IMG/VR virus record: IMGVR_UViG_3300029653_000081
Coordinates: 1-34,518 of that record
DNA length: 34,518 nt
Strand: one strand, 5' to 3'
Source: a virus
Taxonomy: Duplodnaviria > Heunggongvirae > Uroviricota > Caudoviricetes
Both the position numbers and the translations under genes were made by a program. How positions within the stretch are numbered: position 1 is the stretch's first letter; each line of letters begins with the position of its first letter. This document shows, in pieces, positions 8,188 to 17,371 of the stretch. The notes beneath the pieces are model-generated. The model saw only the letters and a list, made by a program, of their open reading frames with translations. It made no database searches and was not told where the DNA came from.

Positions 8188-9915
8188 TTACTCAGAGTCA
8201 CCGGCATCAATCGTGTCGCCGCTAATGAAGTTAAGCCCGCCTTTTTTGGCCATTGTCAGCGTTACACGAGTGAAGTAATCAGCGCCGTTGCGTGGGTGCA
8301 TATCGTTGATAGCCGAACCCCACAGCGTGGTACGGTTGACCAGCGCCGGAGTGGTCGGATGCTGGAACGGGATGGCCGGGACAGCATCACCAGTCACGAA
8401 GCCTGCTTTACCCGGATTTTCATCACGGACGTAGCACAGCACATCCATCGAGCTGAACTGAATGTTCTCTGTCGTTAAGTTCTTACAAATACCAGCAGGT
8501 ACTTCGTACACTTTCACGTTACCGAACAGGGTACCGATGTAGTGAACATACGGAGTCTGGATATAGTCTTCGGCTGGCTGGAAGAAATCCTTCGGCAACT
8601 GTTTGAAGAAAGATGCTGCATCAGCACCAGCAAACATCCCCATCGCACCAGAAGATTTAACGCGCTCAATAATGTCGCGATATACAGTCTGGAATTTGCC
8701 ACGAATGATGGTTGCCCATACATCAAAGGACTGGTTAACCGGCAGAGCGATGTCAAAGGTGTCGGTCGCAAGAGTACGCCAGATCATGATGCGAAGACGC
8801 AGCATATCCTGTTCATGAGACAGGTATTCCTTCAGGGTGCGGAACTGTAGGGAACCCAGGTCCAGACCAAATTCACGCTGTGCTTCATACGCCGCCTGTA
8901 CCGTGTGCTCAGCCGCGATAACGAACTGGCTTGGGAACAGGGTGTATTTCTTCATTTCGTGGTTGATCAGCGGGATCAGCTCAGGAGCGGCTTCAATATT
9001 GATTTCCGTCTCAATTGCGATCTCAGTGCCTTTATCCGGCGCTTTGGAGAACGACAGTGCAATCTGACCAATGTTGTAGTTCAGAGAGCAGGTAACAGTG
9101 ATTTGCTCACCAGCAGCATTAGTAAACGAGTGAAGTAGGCTGCCGGAACCGTTATCAACAACAGACTTAATACGGTTAACGTAGATATTAGTGCGACCTT
9201 TTCGGATTGGTACATTCTGGCCTTCGAAGTCTTCCATCTTGAAGGTTGCGGTTTTGCTGGTGCCATCGGAGCTTGCCACCAGCACATAGCGGCGGCGTAA
9301 CTGGCTGTACACACCGACGGATTGCATGTCCAGAACATCACCAGCAGCATAAGAACCAAAAGAGGAACCTGCCACGTTAAAGACTTCATAGATGTCGGAC
9401 TGGTCACGCGTAACCGGAATGAAGGTACACGCATCAGCGGTAGCTGCCCCCAACTGAACAGGCAGGATCATCGCGAGGAATAAAGGCAGACGCATAACAC
9501 CGTCAGAAACGCTCATCATCTCTGCTGCGACGGATTCCAGCATCGCTTTATTAGTGGCATCCATGCTATTGCGGGTGGACTCAATCAGGCAGTTTTCCAG
9601 CGTCTGGTGGCAGGAGGCCAGAATTTCCGGACGCGGCATAGATTTATGTGCTGCGGCGTAGTCAGCCAGTGCACTTGCCCACGCTGTAGCGATTTGAGCG
9701 GTGGCATTATCAGAGATACCCGCAAAAACCGGGTCTTTACGTGCAGCTTCAAGGATAGATGCGGCACGCGCGGCATCATCTTTAATGAATTGGTTATCAG
9801 TACCGAACTGCGCAGTGCTTGCCCAGCCAAGCACAGCTTTAGAGCGTTTTGCGATATCTGCAATACGATTCTGGTATTCGCGTAAGTTACTCAATTTACT
9901 CTTCCTTAAACACAA
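8188..9915 (-). CDS. Putative major head protein (575 aa as tracked; real start probably a few codons in)
   Basis: Large ORF adjacent to parS, as recalled for P1 gene 23. The tracked start is TTG; AAGGAAGAG precedes a second TTG five codons downstream. Confidence 0.4.
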   Translation of the reverse strand: MCLRKSKLSNLREYQNRIADIAKRSKAVLGWASTAQFGTDNQFIKDDAARAASILEAARKDPVFAGISDNATAQIATAWASALADYAAAHKSMPRPEILASCHQTLENCLIESTRNSMDATNKAMLESVAAEMMSVSDGVMRLPLFLAMILPVQLGAATADACTFIPVTRDQSDIYEVFNVAGSSFGSYAAGDVLDMQSVGVYSQLRRRYVLVASSDGTSKTATFKMEDFEGQNVPIRKGRTNIYVNRIKSVVDNGSGSLLHSFTNAAGEQITVTCSLNYNIGQIALSFSKAPDKGTEIAIETEINIEAAPELIPLINHEMKKYTLFPSQFVIAAEHTVQAAYEAQREFGLDLGSLQFRTLKEYLSHEQDMLRLRIMIWRTLATDTFDIALPVNQSFDVWATIIRGKFQTVYRDIIERVKSSGAMGMFAGADAASFFKQLPKDFFQPAEDYIQTPYVHYIGTLFGNVKVYEVPAGICKNLTTENIQFSSMDVLCYVRDENPGKAGFVTGDAVPAIPFQHPTTPALVNRTTLWGSAINDMHPRNGADYFTRVTLTMAKKGGLNFISGDTIDAGDSE

Positions 9916-9939
9916 GGCACTTGTGTGAATCCCTTTTCG

Positions 9940-10070
9940 GAAGAGATTTTATTGAAAGTCACTTGTTGACTTTCTCGCTAAAAGTAATTTTTTAAATTTT
10001 TTGTGCGGGGGAGGGGGGCAAGTAAAACAGGCGTGAAATCGTGGGAATTTCAGTCTGAAATTTTCCATGA
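9940..10070. promoter_or_regulatory. parS: parS-like partition site downstream of parB
   Basis: Heptamers related to ParB box A (gtgaaat 10033-10039, atttcag 10047-10053, ctgaaat 10055-10061) next to an AT-rich tract (10070-10100) that could be an IHF site. Confidence 0.5.
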
Positions 10071-10160
10071 ATATCTATATATATCATATATTTATACATG
10101 AAATAGGCGCGGGACATTTTAGACAGGGGAGGGGGCTAAAGCCGCCTCCCACCAGCGGGA

Positions 10161-11126
10161 TTATTCCCCAGCAGACATTTTCCCAATGATTTTTTTTATT
10201 GCTTCGTCAATTTCAGTTTGCACTTCAGACGGGAGTCTGGAGAACTCGTAGGCGACAACCCGTTTTTTCGGATCGGACTTCTTTCGGGCATATTGGCGAC
10301 GGTCAGAGAAGTCTCGCAGCTTCTCAACCACCACAGATTTAACCGGCGCGGGCTTCAGGCTTTTGCTTTCCGCTTTGAAGATAGCCAGTATCTTCGCTTT
10401 ATCCTCTTTCGCGCCCTCAGTCTCTGCAATTCGTTCGCGCACCGTATCAACCAGCTCTTCAATCGGCACGCTTTTAGCGTTAGCATCCTCGGCGATCTGG
10501 AGCAGTAACTGGTAATCTGGAAGGGCGAGATCGCTGGCTACGGGGAAGACAGCAATCATCTCATCCGGCACCGCGGCAGCCTGGAAAGCTCGCGTCACTT
10601 TTGCCTTTGAGATGTTCTCAGCTCGGGCGATCTCTTCTTTGGTCATATTCTTACCGTACATAACCTCGAAGCGTTTACCCAGCTCGCGCAGAGTGTGTTC
10701 GCGGGCTGTCTGGATATCAATGGCCAGCTGGCGGGCATCCGCCAGGCTGATCTCATCTTTCGTCACCAGAATCTCAAATTTCGTTTCATTGAAGATACAC
10801 GCAGCGCGGCGACGCGATCCGTCCAATACCTCAATGCGCTCCCCAACCATACGACCGATAGCCGGGAAGAACTGTTGCAATTTAATGGTGCGGGAAATAT
10901 CGCTTACCGACTCAGGGGTGAGCAGAGACTGATCGCGGCCGTTAACTGCCGGGTCAACGAACGTGCGCGACTCAATCTCACCACTCAGCACGACGGTAAG
11001 CAAGAATTTAGCCTGGCGGCCAGATTTTAGGGTAAAGGTTTTGGTGCCTTCACTGCCTTCAAGCATGCGAGCAAACTCGGAGCTATTCTTGCCCAGCACT
11101 CGTCCACGGGAAACTATTTTTTTCAT
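10161..11126 (-). CDS. parB: Partition protein ParB
   Basis: 321 aa with ParB-like segments (GRDQSLLTPESV, LDGSRRRAA, SKAKVTRAFQAAA); overlaps the parA stop. Confidence 0.9.
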   Translation of the reverse strand: MKKIVSRGRVLGKNSSEFARMLEGSEGTKTFTLKSGRQAKFLLTVVLSGEIESRTFVDPAVNGRDQSLLTPESVSDISRTIKLQQFFPAIGRMVGERIEVLDGSRRRAACIFNETKFEILVTKDEISLADARQLAIDIQTAREHTLRELGKRFEVMYGKNMTKEEIARAENISKAKVTRAFQAAAVPDEMIAVFPVASDLALPDYQLLLQIAEDANAKSVPIEELVDTVRERIAETEGAKEDKAKILAIFKAESKSLKPAPVKSVVVEKLRDFSDRRQYARKKSDPKKRVVAYEFSRLPSEVQTEIDEAIKKIIGKMSAGE

Positions 11127-12334
11127 GCCGCCTCACCCCTAACAAACTCAATTCGATCAAACACAGCCTTAGTGAAACGCTCGGCCTCGGTTCGTGCCTT
11201 CTTCAGCGCCTCTGCACTGCCTGGATACGATTGCGGGTTGGCACTGATTACGGTGTCGAAAGACTCGCCGCATCGCTCAAAGCCATCCAGACGAGGCAGA
11301 GAAGAGTCCAGAATGTTGCTGGCGTAAACCTCACGCGCAAGGCTGTGTGATGTCTCGTGATCGCGCTTGCCGGTCATCTTCGACATAAAACCAATGCTGG
11401 CGCTCAAACGCGGTTCTACGCCTTCCTCCTCCAGTTGCTCCAGCATTTCTGGCAGACGGGTGAGATATTTCAGTGTTGAGTGGAAGTCAACCTGGGCTGG
11501 TGGGGTAGGGGTAAGCAGCAAATCGCTGGCCGCCAGACCGTTGAGCAGGAACGGATCCAGGTGTGGACCGGTATCAATAAAGATAAAGTCATAATCATCC
11601 GCAACACGATCAATGATATTGCGTCGAAGGATTTCGTACTGATTTTGTCCGGGAAGATGCTCTTCAACCAGCTCTTTCCATTGGCTGGCAACAAAGCCAT
11701 CGTCGATAGAGGCTGGAATCACGTCTACGCCAGGAACGATGGTCGGACGAATCACCTCTTTGCGTAGCGTCTCCGCGTCCAGGTCGTTCAGCATCGCCTG
11801 CGCGGCGGTTTCCAGGATGGAACCAATACTGTGAGTATGGTCGAGGAACATTGTGCTGGATGCCTGAGGGTCAAGGTCAATTACCAGAATGCGCAGATCG
11901 TGACGCAGTAAATCCTGATGCACACGCAGAGCGTGCGCCAACGTGACTGTGGAAACCGTTTTGGATACGCCACCCTTCAGGTTTACGACAAAAATAACGT
12001 AAGGCGATTTGTGAATGTCGCGATATTTGGGGATCTTACGGTGGGCATAGATATCAATGACGTTCTGGATGGTCAGCGCGTACTGTTCAACGTTACCGAC
12101 CTGTTTCTTGTTGAACTGGTACCCATCATCTTCCATCTCTTTGATGGCCTGCTCCACAATACGGCGGCTCAGCTTCGGCAACTTTGCCACAGCGTTACGA
12201 GTGAACGTCTGATAATACTCGGTCTGATTGAACTCTTTGCGCTGATCTTCAATATCCTGACTCATGGCCTTAAGTAATGCGCTTGCACGAAGAGCTATGG
12301 TGCCGACACCGCCGTAATCGCGTTTCATCATCAT
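11123..12334 (-). CDS. parA: Partition ATPase ParA (type Ia)
   Basis: 403 aa; deviant Walker A NLKGGVSKTVST, plus VIDLDPQ and FIDTGPHLD motifs; long N-terminal extension typical of P1-type ParA. Confidence 0.9.
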   Translation of the reverse strand: MMMKRDYGGVGTIALRASALLKAMSQDIEDQRKEFNQTEYYQTFTRNAVAKLPKLSRRIVEQAIKEMEDDGYQFNKKQVGNVEQYALTIQNVIDIYAHRKIPKYRDIHKSPYVIFVVNLKGGVSKTVSTVTLAHALRVHQDLLRHDLRILVIDLDPQASSTMFLDHTHSIGSILETAAQAMLNDLDAETLRKEVIRPTIVPGVDVIPASIDDGFVASQWKELVEEHLPGQNQYEILRRNIIDRVADDYDFIFIDTGPHLDPFLLNGLAASDLLLTPTPPAQVDFHSTLKYLTRLPEMLEQLEEEGVEPRLSASIGFMSKMTGKRDHETSHSLAREVYASNILDSSLPRLDGFERCGESFDTVISANPQSYPGSAEALKKARTEAERFTKAVFDRIEFVRGEAA

Positions 12335-12430
12335 CTCCTTATCATTTCGTATGAGTGAATTGTACGTTTGATTCTGCTACGTGCAACTTTTTTTGATTCG
12401 TGCGTCAATTATTGCACGTAAAGAAATGGC

Positions 12431-12730
12431 GATGTGGCTATTAGATGTGTGCTGGAGGGATGATGCAGGACCAGAATGTGCGATAGAGGGAAGTCGCATT
12501 AAATTATGTGCTGTGGAGGGATCGCTGGTATCAAATATGTGTGCTGGAGGGAAAGGCAGAGAATTACATGTGCACTGGAGGGAAAAACGGATGGACAGAT
12601 GTGTGCTGGAGGGAAAGTCTGGGCAAACTGCGGGGCGTCCCCCTCCAGCGCACATCAAAAACAGGAAATTAGACAAGCCTTCCCGGCAGCACACATATTT
12701 TTAATGCAGCTTCCCTCCAGCACACACTTA
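12431..12730. repeat. incA: incA iteron array (about nine 19-bp RepA-binding repeats, both orientations)
   Basis: Direct copies of (G)ATGTGTGCTGGAGGGAAA-like repeats near 12444, 12474, 12504, 12536, 12567, 12598 and inverted copies near 12639, 12678, 12710. Confidence 0.85.
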
Positions 12731-13588
12731 TTCTGGGAGTTTCAGCTTTGGATTGCGAGAATGGACGATTACAAAACTTTCCCGGCCTTTCTTCTCAATT
12801 GAACAGTCGAGATAGCCGATTGTTTTAAGCTGTTCTATCGCTTTCTTAATGATACGGTTTTGCTCGCCAACAGCTGACTGCAAAGCCAGGCGCTCACGGA
12901 TTCGGGCGAAAGATAGCGGCAACGGATTCTGCGGAAGGCTTTCGATGAAAGTGTAAATGGCTTGTGCAGCTTCTTTCTTCGGAAGGGCACGCAAGGCGTG
13001 GTGTTGCAACAGAACGCGATAATCAAGCTGGAACAGCTCCCACAGCTTCGAATCAGCCTCCAGCTCTATCAGATCAAGGTCAGCATCAAAACGACCGACC
13101 TTTAGCAGACCAGTCTGATAGCCGCCTTTAGCATCTTTTCCGCGCTTAAAAGCGATACCCTTGTTACGTAAGCGTCCAAGTGATTCATGAATGGTTAAAC
13201 GCAGTTTCGCATCCAGACGTTTTGAGGGGAAACCACAGGCTTTAGCGAATTCCTGAAACGATAACTGGATGGTGTTTGAGGACAAGCCGTATTTGCTGAA
13301 CGCGTAGATGACACCGATCCACGTTTTGAAATCAGTATCCATATCGAGTCGAGGACCGGTGATTTTAATATCATCGTAACCCTCGGCTTTAGCTATCTCC
13401 AGCTGGGAAAACGCTTTGGTGGCATCAATCTCTTTACTTTCTCCTTTGCTCTTTGATGGCTTCGGAACGAATACCCCCAAGCGCATCAATGCTACAGGCT
13501 GGACAGTGTTGTTTGAATTAACTGTTAGTTCTTTTGCCTTACTTTCAATGTCTGCGTAAAGAATATCGGAGATAAATGATTGATTCAT
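12728..13588 (-). CDS. repA: Plasmid replication initiator RepA (286 aa)
   Basis: Flanked by iteron arrays on both sides and followed by parA-parB, the P1 plasmid replicon arrangement. Confidence 0.9.
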   Translation of the reverse strand: MNQSFISDILYADIESKAKELTVNSNNTVQPVALMRLGVFVPKPSKSKGESKEIDATKAFSQLEIAKAEGYDDIKITGPRLDMDTDFKTWIGVIYAFSKYGLSSNTIQLSFQEFAKACGFPSKRLDAKLRLTIHESLGRLRNKGIAFKRGKDAKGGYQTGLLKVGRFDADLDLIELEADSKLWELFQLDYRVLLQHHALRALPKKEAAQAIYTFIESLPQNPLPLSFARIRERLALQSAVGEQNRIIKKAIEQLKTIGYLDCSIEKKGRESFVIVHSRNPKLKLPE

Positions 13589-13599
13589 ATTACTTTTTC

Positions 13600-13870
13600 C
13601 GAATTGTGTGGATAGTTTTTATAAGTGGTGATAACTACCCAGGCTTTCCCGTCAGCACACATCCTATATCCCGCCAGCACACATTAGCAACCCGTCAGCA
13701 CACATTTTTATCCCTCCAGCACACATCGTTTTCCCTCCAGCACACATCGCGATACACTTCTAAGCCAGACGTGGCGCGGCCTGCAACGATCAGGGATCTA
13801 TATGGATCTAATTGGGATCTGTATGGACCTAATTATTGGATCTACCCAGTGGATAATGTGGATAAGTGAA
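13600..13870. other. oriR: Plasmid origin (oriR-like) including incC iterons
   Basis: Five inverted iterons (13645-13748, ...cagcacacat...); five heptamer repeats (G/T)GGATCT at 13793-13843, four with GATC; DnaA-box-like sequences tgtggatag (13607-13615) and agtggataa/tgtggataa (13848-13866). Confidence 0.85.
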
Positions 13871-13905
13871 AAACCGGCCAACATAGCCGGTTGGAAGGAA
13901 GGGTA

Positions 13906-14298
13906 TTATTCTACGCTTTCGATAAGAAGACCATGTTCATAGCATTTAAGCTCATCGCCTTCATACAGGAACTGGTATCCAATACCACCATATTCAGGCA
14001 CATTAGGGAATAACTCATCACTTACCGAAGAACAAATCACACCAATGCAGCGATCAACGCCTTCTCGTTCTTCAGTGCTGAAAAAATCCTCTTCGGTAAG
14101 AACATGAGTGCATTGCTCATCAGCATAGGTCGGAAATACATGCTCGATGCAATCCGGGTGTTTTAAACCAAGCTGATCGGCAAGCTCGAAAGCATGACGG
14201 TATTGTTCAGATCCTGGCTTGCCAACAGTGATTTGCTCAATTTTGTAGATTGAAGTCGCTTTGTTGATAGTTTGCTTTACTGTTACTTTATCAGACAT
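13906..14298 (-). CDS. Hypothetical protein (130 aa)
   Basis: ORF with coding-like composition next to the origin; no motif recognised. Confidence 0.35.
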   Translation of the reverse strand: MSDKVTVKQTINKATSIYKIEQITVGKPGSEQYRHAFELADQLGLKHPDCIEHVFPTYADEQCTHVLTEEDFFSTEEREGVDRCIGVICSSVSDELFPNVPEYGGIGYQFLYEGDELKCYEHGLLIESVE

Positions 14299-14309
14299 AA
14301 AAATCCCTT

Positions 14310-14642
14310 TTAGTTACCACTGATAGCGTGGTTGTAATCATTAACGTTGCGATTCTTCCTGTTAATCCCCATCAGCATCGTTTCTGTATCAAGGATATAG
14401 GCTGGCAGATCATCAAAATATTCACTGCTAAACTCTGGCATCCTGCACATAAACGCACTTTTGGGGGCAGGGTGATTAACCTTTGTCGGCGTCGGCGTTA
14501 AATTCGCTGATCGACTCCCGGAGCAACCGCTGAGTGTCAACAGGAATGCGCTGGCGAACACTACCCGACGCAACCAGTTGTTTCTGAACTTCAGCTTTTC
14601 GTTCCATTTGCCTGTCAGCATATTTGGCTTGTTCTGATTCAT
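14310..14642 (-). CDS. Outer-membrane lipoprotein, possible o-spanin (Rz1-like)
   Basis: Basic n-region KLKFRNNWLRR, hydrophobic VVFASAFLLTL, lipobox LSGC, then proline-rich PTPTKVNHPAPK. Its 5' part is embedded out of frame in the upstream gene. Confidence 0.5.
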   Translation of the reverse strand: MNQNKPNMLTGKWNEKLKFRNNWLRRVVFASAFLLTLSGCSGSRSANLTPTPTKVNHPAPKSAFMCRMPEFSSEYFDDLPAYILDTETMLMGINRKNRNVNDYNHAISGN

Positions 14643-14898
14643 TTTTCACTTCCTGGCTGTGAAAATGTTGCTCTGCTTTGTTCATCGTCTCAATGGTCTG
14701 GTTAAGATCCATTATTGACTTATCACGTTCCTTAACAGCCTGATCAAGACTGCCAATTTTCTCCATGGCTTGCTTTAGCTGATGACGTTCCCATGCAAAC
14801 CCAGCACCAACAAGTGCGCAAATCAGAACAAGAACACCAGTAGCAGCAAGTTTCTCCTTCAAAGACAAAGCTGTTTTTAACGTAGAAAAGAATGACAT
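14476..14898 (-). CDS. N-terminally anchored coiled-coil protein, possible i-spanin (Rz-like)
   Basis: ATG at 14898 preceded by AGGAGG; single TM segment TGVLVLICALVGAGFAW then a charged helical region. Overlaps the lipoprotein gene as in Rz/Rz1 pairs. Confidence 0.5.
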   Translation of the reverse strand: MSFFSTLKTALSLKEKLAATGVLVLICALVGAGFAWERHQLKQAMEKIGSLDQAVKERDKSIMDLNQTIETMNKAEQHFHSQEVKNESEQAKYADRQMERKAEVQKQLVASGSVRQRIPVDTQRLLRESISEFNADADKG

Positions 14899-14937
14899 GT
14901 CTTCCTCCTGAAGAAAAATTATCAATGAAGTCCTTTG

Positions 14938-15726
14938 TTACTGTGCCGCTTTGTTTAATTCATCAAGAACAGAATCAGGAACCAAAGCGGCAACTGCGCT
15001 GGCTGTGCTGGCCTTATTTGCTGATGCTTCCGCAAGCGCGGTACCGATAGCATGGTTATAAGCAGTTATGGCTACGTTGGCGCTTTCATTCGCTCGTTCA
15101 TACTGCTGTTGTAACGCAGTTGTGGGCGCTGTTGTCTGGTTGAAAACAACCCCAAACTGTTCAGTTGCTACTTTCAGAGATTCAATTTGCTCTTCTGTTA
15201 GTGCTGGTGGGGGAGTGGCAGTGCCGCCGCCTGAACCAGAGCCTGACGAGCTTCCTGAGCCAGTGTTAAGGGTCTGGTTAATCTCCCCCATAGCAGCAAC
15301 TAAACTTGATGTATTAAGCGCGTTTACAGCGTCCTCAAGCGATTTAGTAATAGTCACATCACCAATGGCAATAGAGATCGGCAGTTCTGAAACTTCTCGC
15401 TCATTAGCACGGCAGTAAACATCCCAACCAATATCGAGTTGAAGCAGCATTGACAGATCTGCATAACCAGCCAACAGGTCCGCGTGCTTAGTTGCCAGTT
15501 CGACAATGTTCGTTAAGCCTGTTGTGGTTGTTCTGATCGTTGAAACATAACTGGTAATAGTGTCGGGATAGACAATTGTATCCAAAATTAATCCGATCAA
15601 TTCTTCTGCAAGCTGTTTTGCCGTGTTAGCACTGTTTCGTGCCGATGTTATGGCACCAAGTGTTTTCATCCCACCGGCTGCGGCCAATTTTTTATATGCG
15701 GATAACTGGTAGTCTTTTTCCAGCAT
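14938..15726 (-). CDS. Two-domain protein joined by a Gly/Ser-rich linker (about 262 aa), function unknown
   Basis: ATG at 15726 with AGGAG SD (tracked ORF extends to 15783); linker GSGSSSGSGSGGGTATPPP. Confidence 0.4.
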   Translation of the reverse strand: MLEKDYQLSAYKKLAAAGGMKTLGAITSARNSANTAKQLAEELIGLILDTIVYPDTITSYVSTIRTTTTGLTNIVELATKHADLLAGYADLSMLLQLDIGWDVYCRANEREVSELPISIAIGDVTITKSLEDAVNALNTSSLVAAMGEINQTLNTGSGSSSGSGSGGGTATPPPALTEEQIESLKVATEQFGVVFNQTTAPTTALQQQYERANESANVAITAYNHAIGTALAEASANKASTASAVAALVPDSVLDELNKAAQ

Positions 15727-15734
15727 GATATCTC

Positions 15735-16019
15735 CTAACTTACCTGAACTAGGCCGTCTCCGGACGCTACGGTAGATCCGCATGAAACAGGGTCACCAAC
15801 GCATACGATCCCTTTACCATTGACGGTAAACCATGCCCTGGTTGATATAGCTTGCCCACCGTGCGTACTGTTTCCATCGGTATGCTGTGCATATTGCTTA
15901 CCATCAACTAACACTTCGACTCCGTTGACTTTAAGTAGTGGTTCACTCTCTACAGGAGGCCTGGATGGGAATCCTCCGTGCCCCGAACAAATGCTGTCTT
16001 TTGTTGCAATACTTGCCAC
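15735..16019 (-). CDS. PAAR-like small protein (94 aa), possible tail spike tip
   Basis: GTG start; CSGHGG, THGG and VNGKGIVCVGDPVSCGS motifs resemble PAAR repeats. Confidence 0.45.
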   Translation of the reverse strand: MASIATKDSICSGHGGFPSRPPVESEPLLKVNGVEVLVDGKQYAQHTDGNSTHGGQAISTRAWFTVNGKGIVCVGDPVSCGSTVASGDGLVQVS

Positions 16020-16100
16020 GTCGTCACCAATGATTTGCTCTGATTTTCGTTATTTTAACTTAGGTTATTTGTGGTCTGTATGGCGTTTACTTATTACAAA

Positions 16101-16117
16101 ATTGCTCTAATAAATAT
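16101..16117 (+). promoter_or_regulatory. C1 repressor operator upstream of the uhr-rdgC-dmt operon
   Basis: ATTGCTCTAATAAATAT (16 of 17); TTGCTC -35-like with TTATAT/TATATC about 16-17 nt downstream. Confidence 0.8.
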
Positions 16118-16188
16118 TGTTTTTTATATCGTGTTTTCGGTACCATTCAGCCATCGCCCTTCAATGGGCATTTGTTTGGAGTCGTCAG

Positions 16189-16473
16189 ATGCAGATGGAG
16201 CTAATAAGCCGCAAGGAGTTCGATAGCCGTGTAACCAGCGGTGAACTCGACAACTTGCAGGCTATCAAGGTGAAAGAAGGCTTTTGCCTCATTGGGAATC
16301 AGAGCGGAACAAATCGCGTTTTTATGCTTCGCCGTACGGATTTGAAGCCATTTGTCTGGAAGAACGAAATTGGTCCCAGCTCATACGCTCAAACGAGGGG
16401 GTGCCACAACTTGGCCTTTTTCTACAAAGACGAGCTTTCTGTGGTTGATATTCAAGGGTTACAACATGTTTAA
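16189..16473 (+). CDS. Small protein upstream of rdgC (uhr-like, 94 aa)
   Basis: ATG at 16189 with GGAG 8 nt upstream; overlaps the rdgC start by 8 nt. Confidence 0.45.
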   Translation: MQMELISRKEFDSRVTSGELDNLQAIKVKEGFCLIGNQSGTNRVFMLRRTDLKPFVWKNEIGPSSYAQTRGCHNLAFFYKDELSVVDIQGLQHV

Positions 16474-17371
16474 GCACTGGAAAAATATTACTATTTATAA
16501 ACTTTCTCGTGAGGCGGATCTGACCGACTTAGAAGATAAAAAGAAAATGATCCTTTTCACGCCATGCGGTAGTCAGGATATGGCCAAGTTCGGTTTTGTA
16601 TCGCCATTTGGTGATAATTCCGAAGTTATCGCTATGCATGGAAATGGTTTTATCCTTGTTGAAGCAAAGCGCGAAACAAAAATTCTTCCCCCGCCGGTTA
16701 TCCAGCGAGCTATTCAAGAAAAAATTGAAAAACTTGAGCAAGAACAAGCGCGTAAACTGAAGAAAACAGAGAAGGACTCCCTGAAAGACGAAGTTCTGCA
16801 TTCTCTTCTGCCACGGGCTTTTTCAAAGTTTTCTGTTATCCAGGCGATCTACGACGGTTCAACTAAACGTATCTATATCAATGCCAGCGCGCGGCAGGCA
16901 GAGGATATGCTCGCGCTTATGCGTAAGTCTCTGGGTTCTCTTCCTGTTGTGCCACTAAGTGTTGAAAATCCCATTGAGTTAACGCTGACCGACTGGGTAC
17001 GTGATGCTAGTGCTCCACAGGGATTTCAAATGGGGGATGCGGCAGAACTTAAGGCAGTGCTTGAGGATGGCGGTATCGCCCGAGTGAAAAAGCAGGATTT
17101 GGGAAGCGATGAAATTTCCACACACCTGGAAGCTGGCAAGCTCGTCACTAAGTTGGCACTCGACTGGCAGAACCGCATTAAATTTACACTGGACCATAAC
17201 TTCAGCATTACCAGCGTCAATTTTGCGGATGAATTGCTTGAGCAGAACTCTGATATTGATAGTGAAGATGTTGCGCAGCGACTGGACGCAGATTTCTTCC
17301 TATTGACCAGTGAAATTTCGTGCCTGGTTGATGCTCTGGTAAATGCCCTTGGTGGAGAGGCTAAGCAGTGA
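16466..17371 (+). CDS. rdgC: RdgC-family recombination-associated protein (P1 hrdC-like)
   Basis: 301 aa from [15 protein letters not shown]; [38 protein letters not shown] and GSLPVVPLS closely resemble E. coli RdgC as recalled. Confidence 0.8.
   Translation: MFKHWKNITIYKLSREADLTDLEDKKKMILFTPCGSQDMAKFGFVSPFGDNSEVIAMHGNGFILVEAKRETKILPPPVIQRAIQEKIEKLEQEQARKLKKTEKDSLKDEVLHSLLPRAFSKFSVIQAIYDGSTKRIYINASARQAEDMLALMRKSLGSLPVVPLSVENPIELTLTDWVRDASAPQGFQMGDAAELKAVLEDGGIARVKKQDLGSDEISTHLEAGKLVTKLALDWQNRIKFTLDHNFSITSVNFADELLEQNSDIDSEDVAQRLDADFFLLTSEISCLVDALVNALGGEAKQ

Noticed and set aside
12377-12802. Three overlapping tracked ORFs (12377-12694 minus, 12381-12704 plus, 12506-12802 plus)
   Set aside because: They lie entirely across the incA iteron array; their apparent open frames come from the repeated GTGTGCTGGAGGG units.
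12431-13748. Short direct repeats that could be read as a CRISPR array
   Set aside because: The repeats are 19-bp iterons in both orientations with irregular spacing, flank repA, and have no cas genes nearby.
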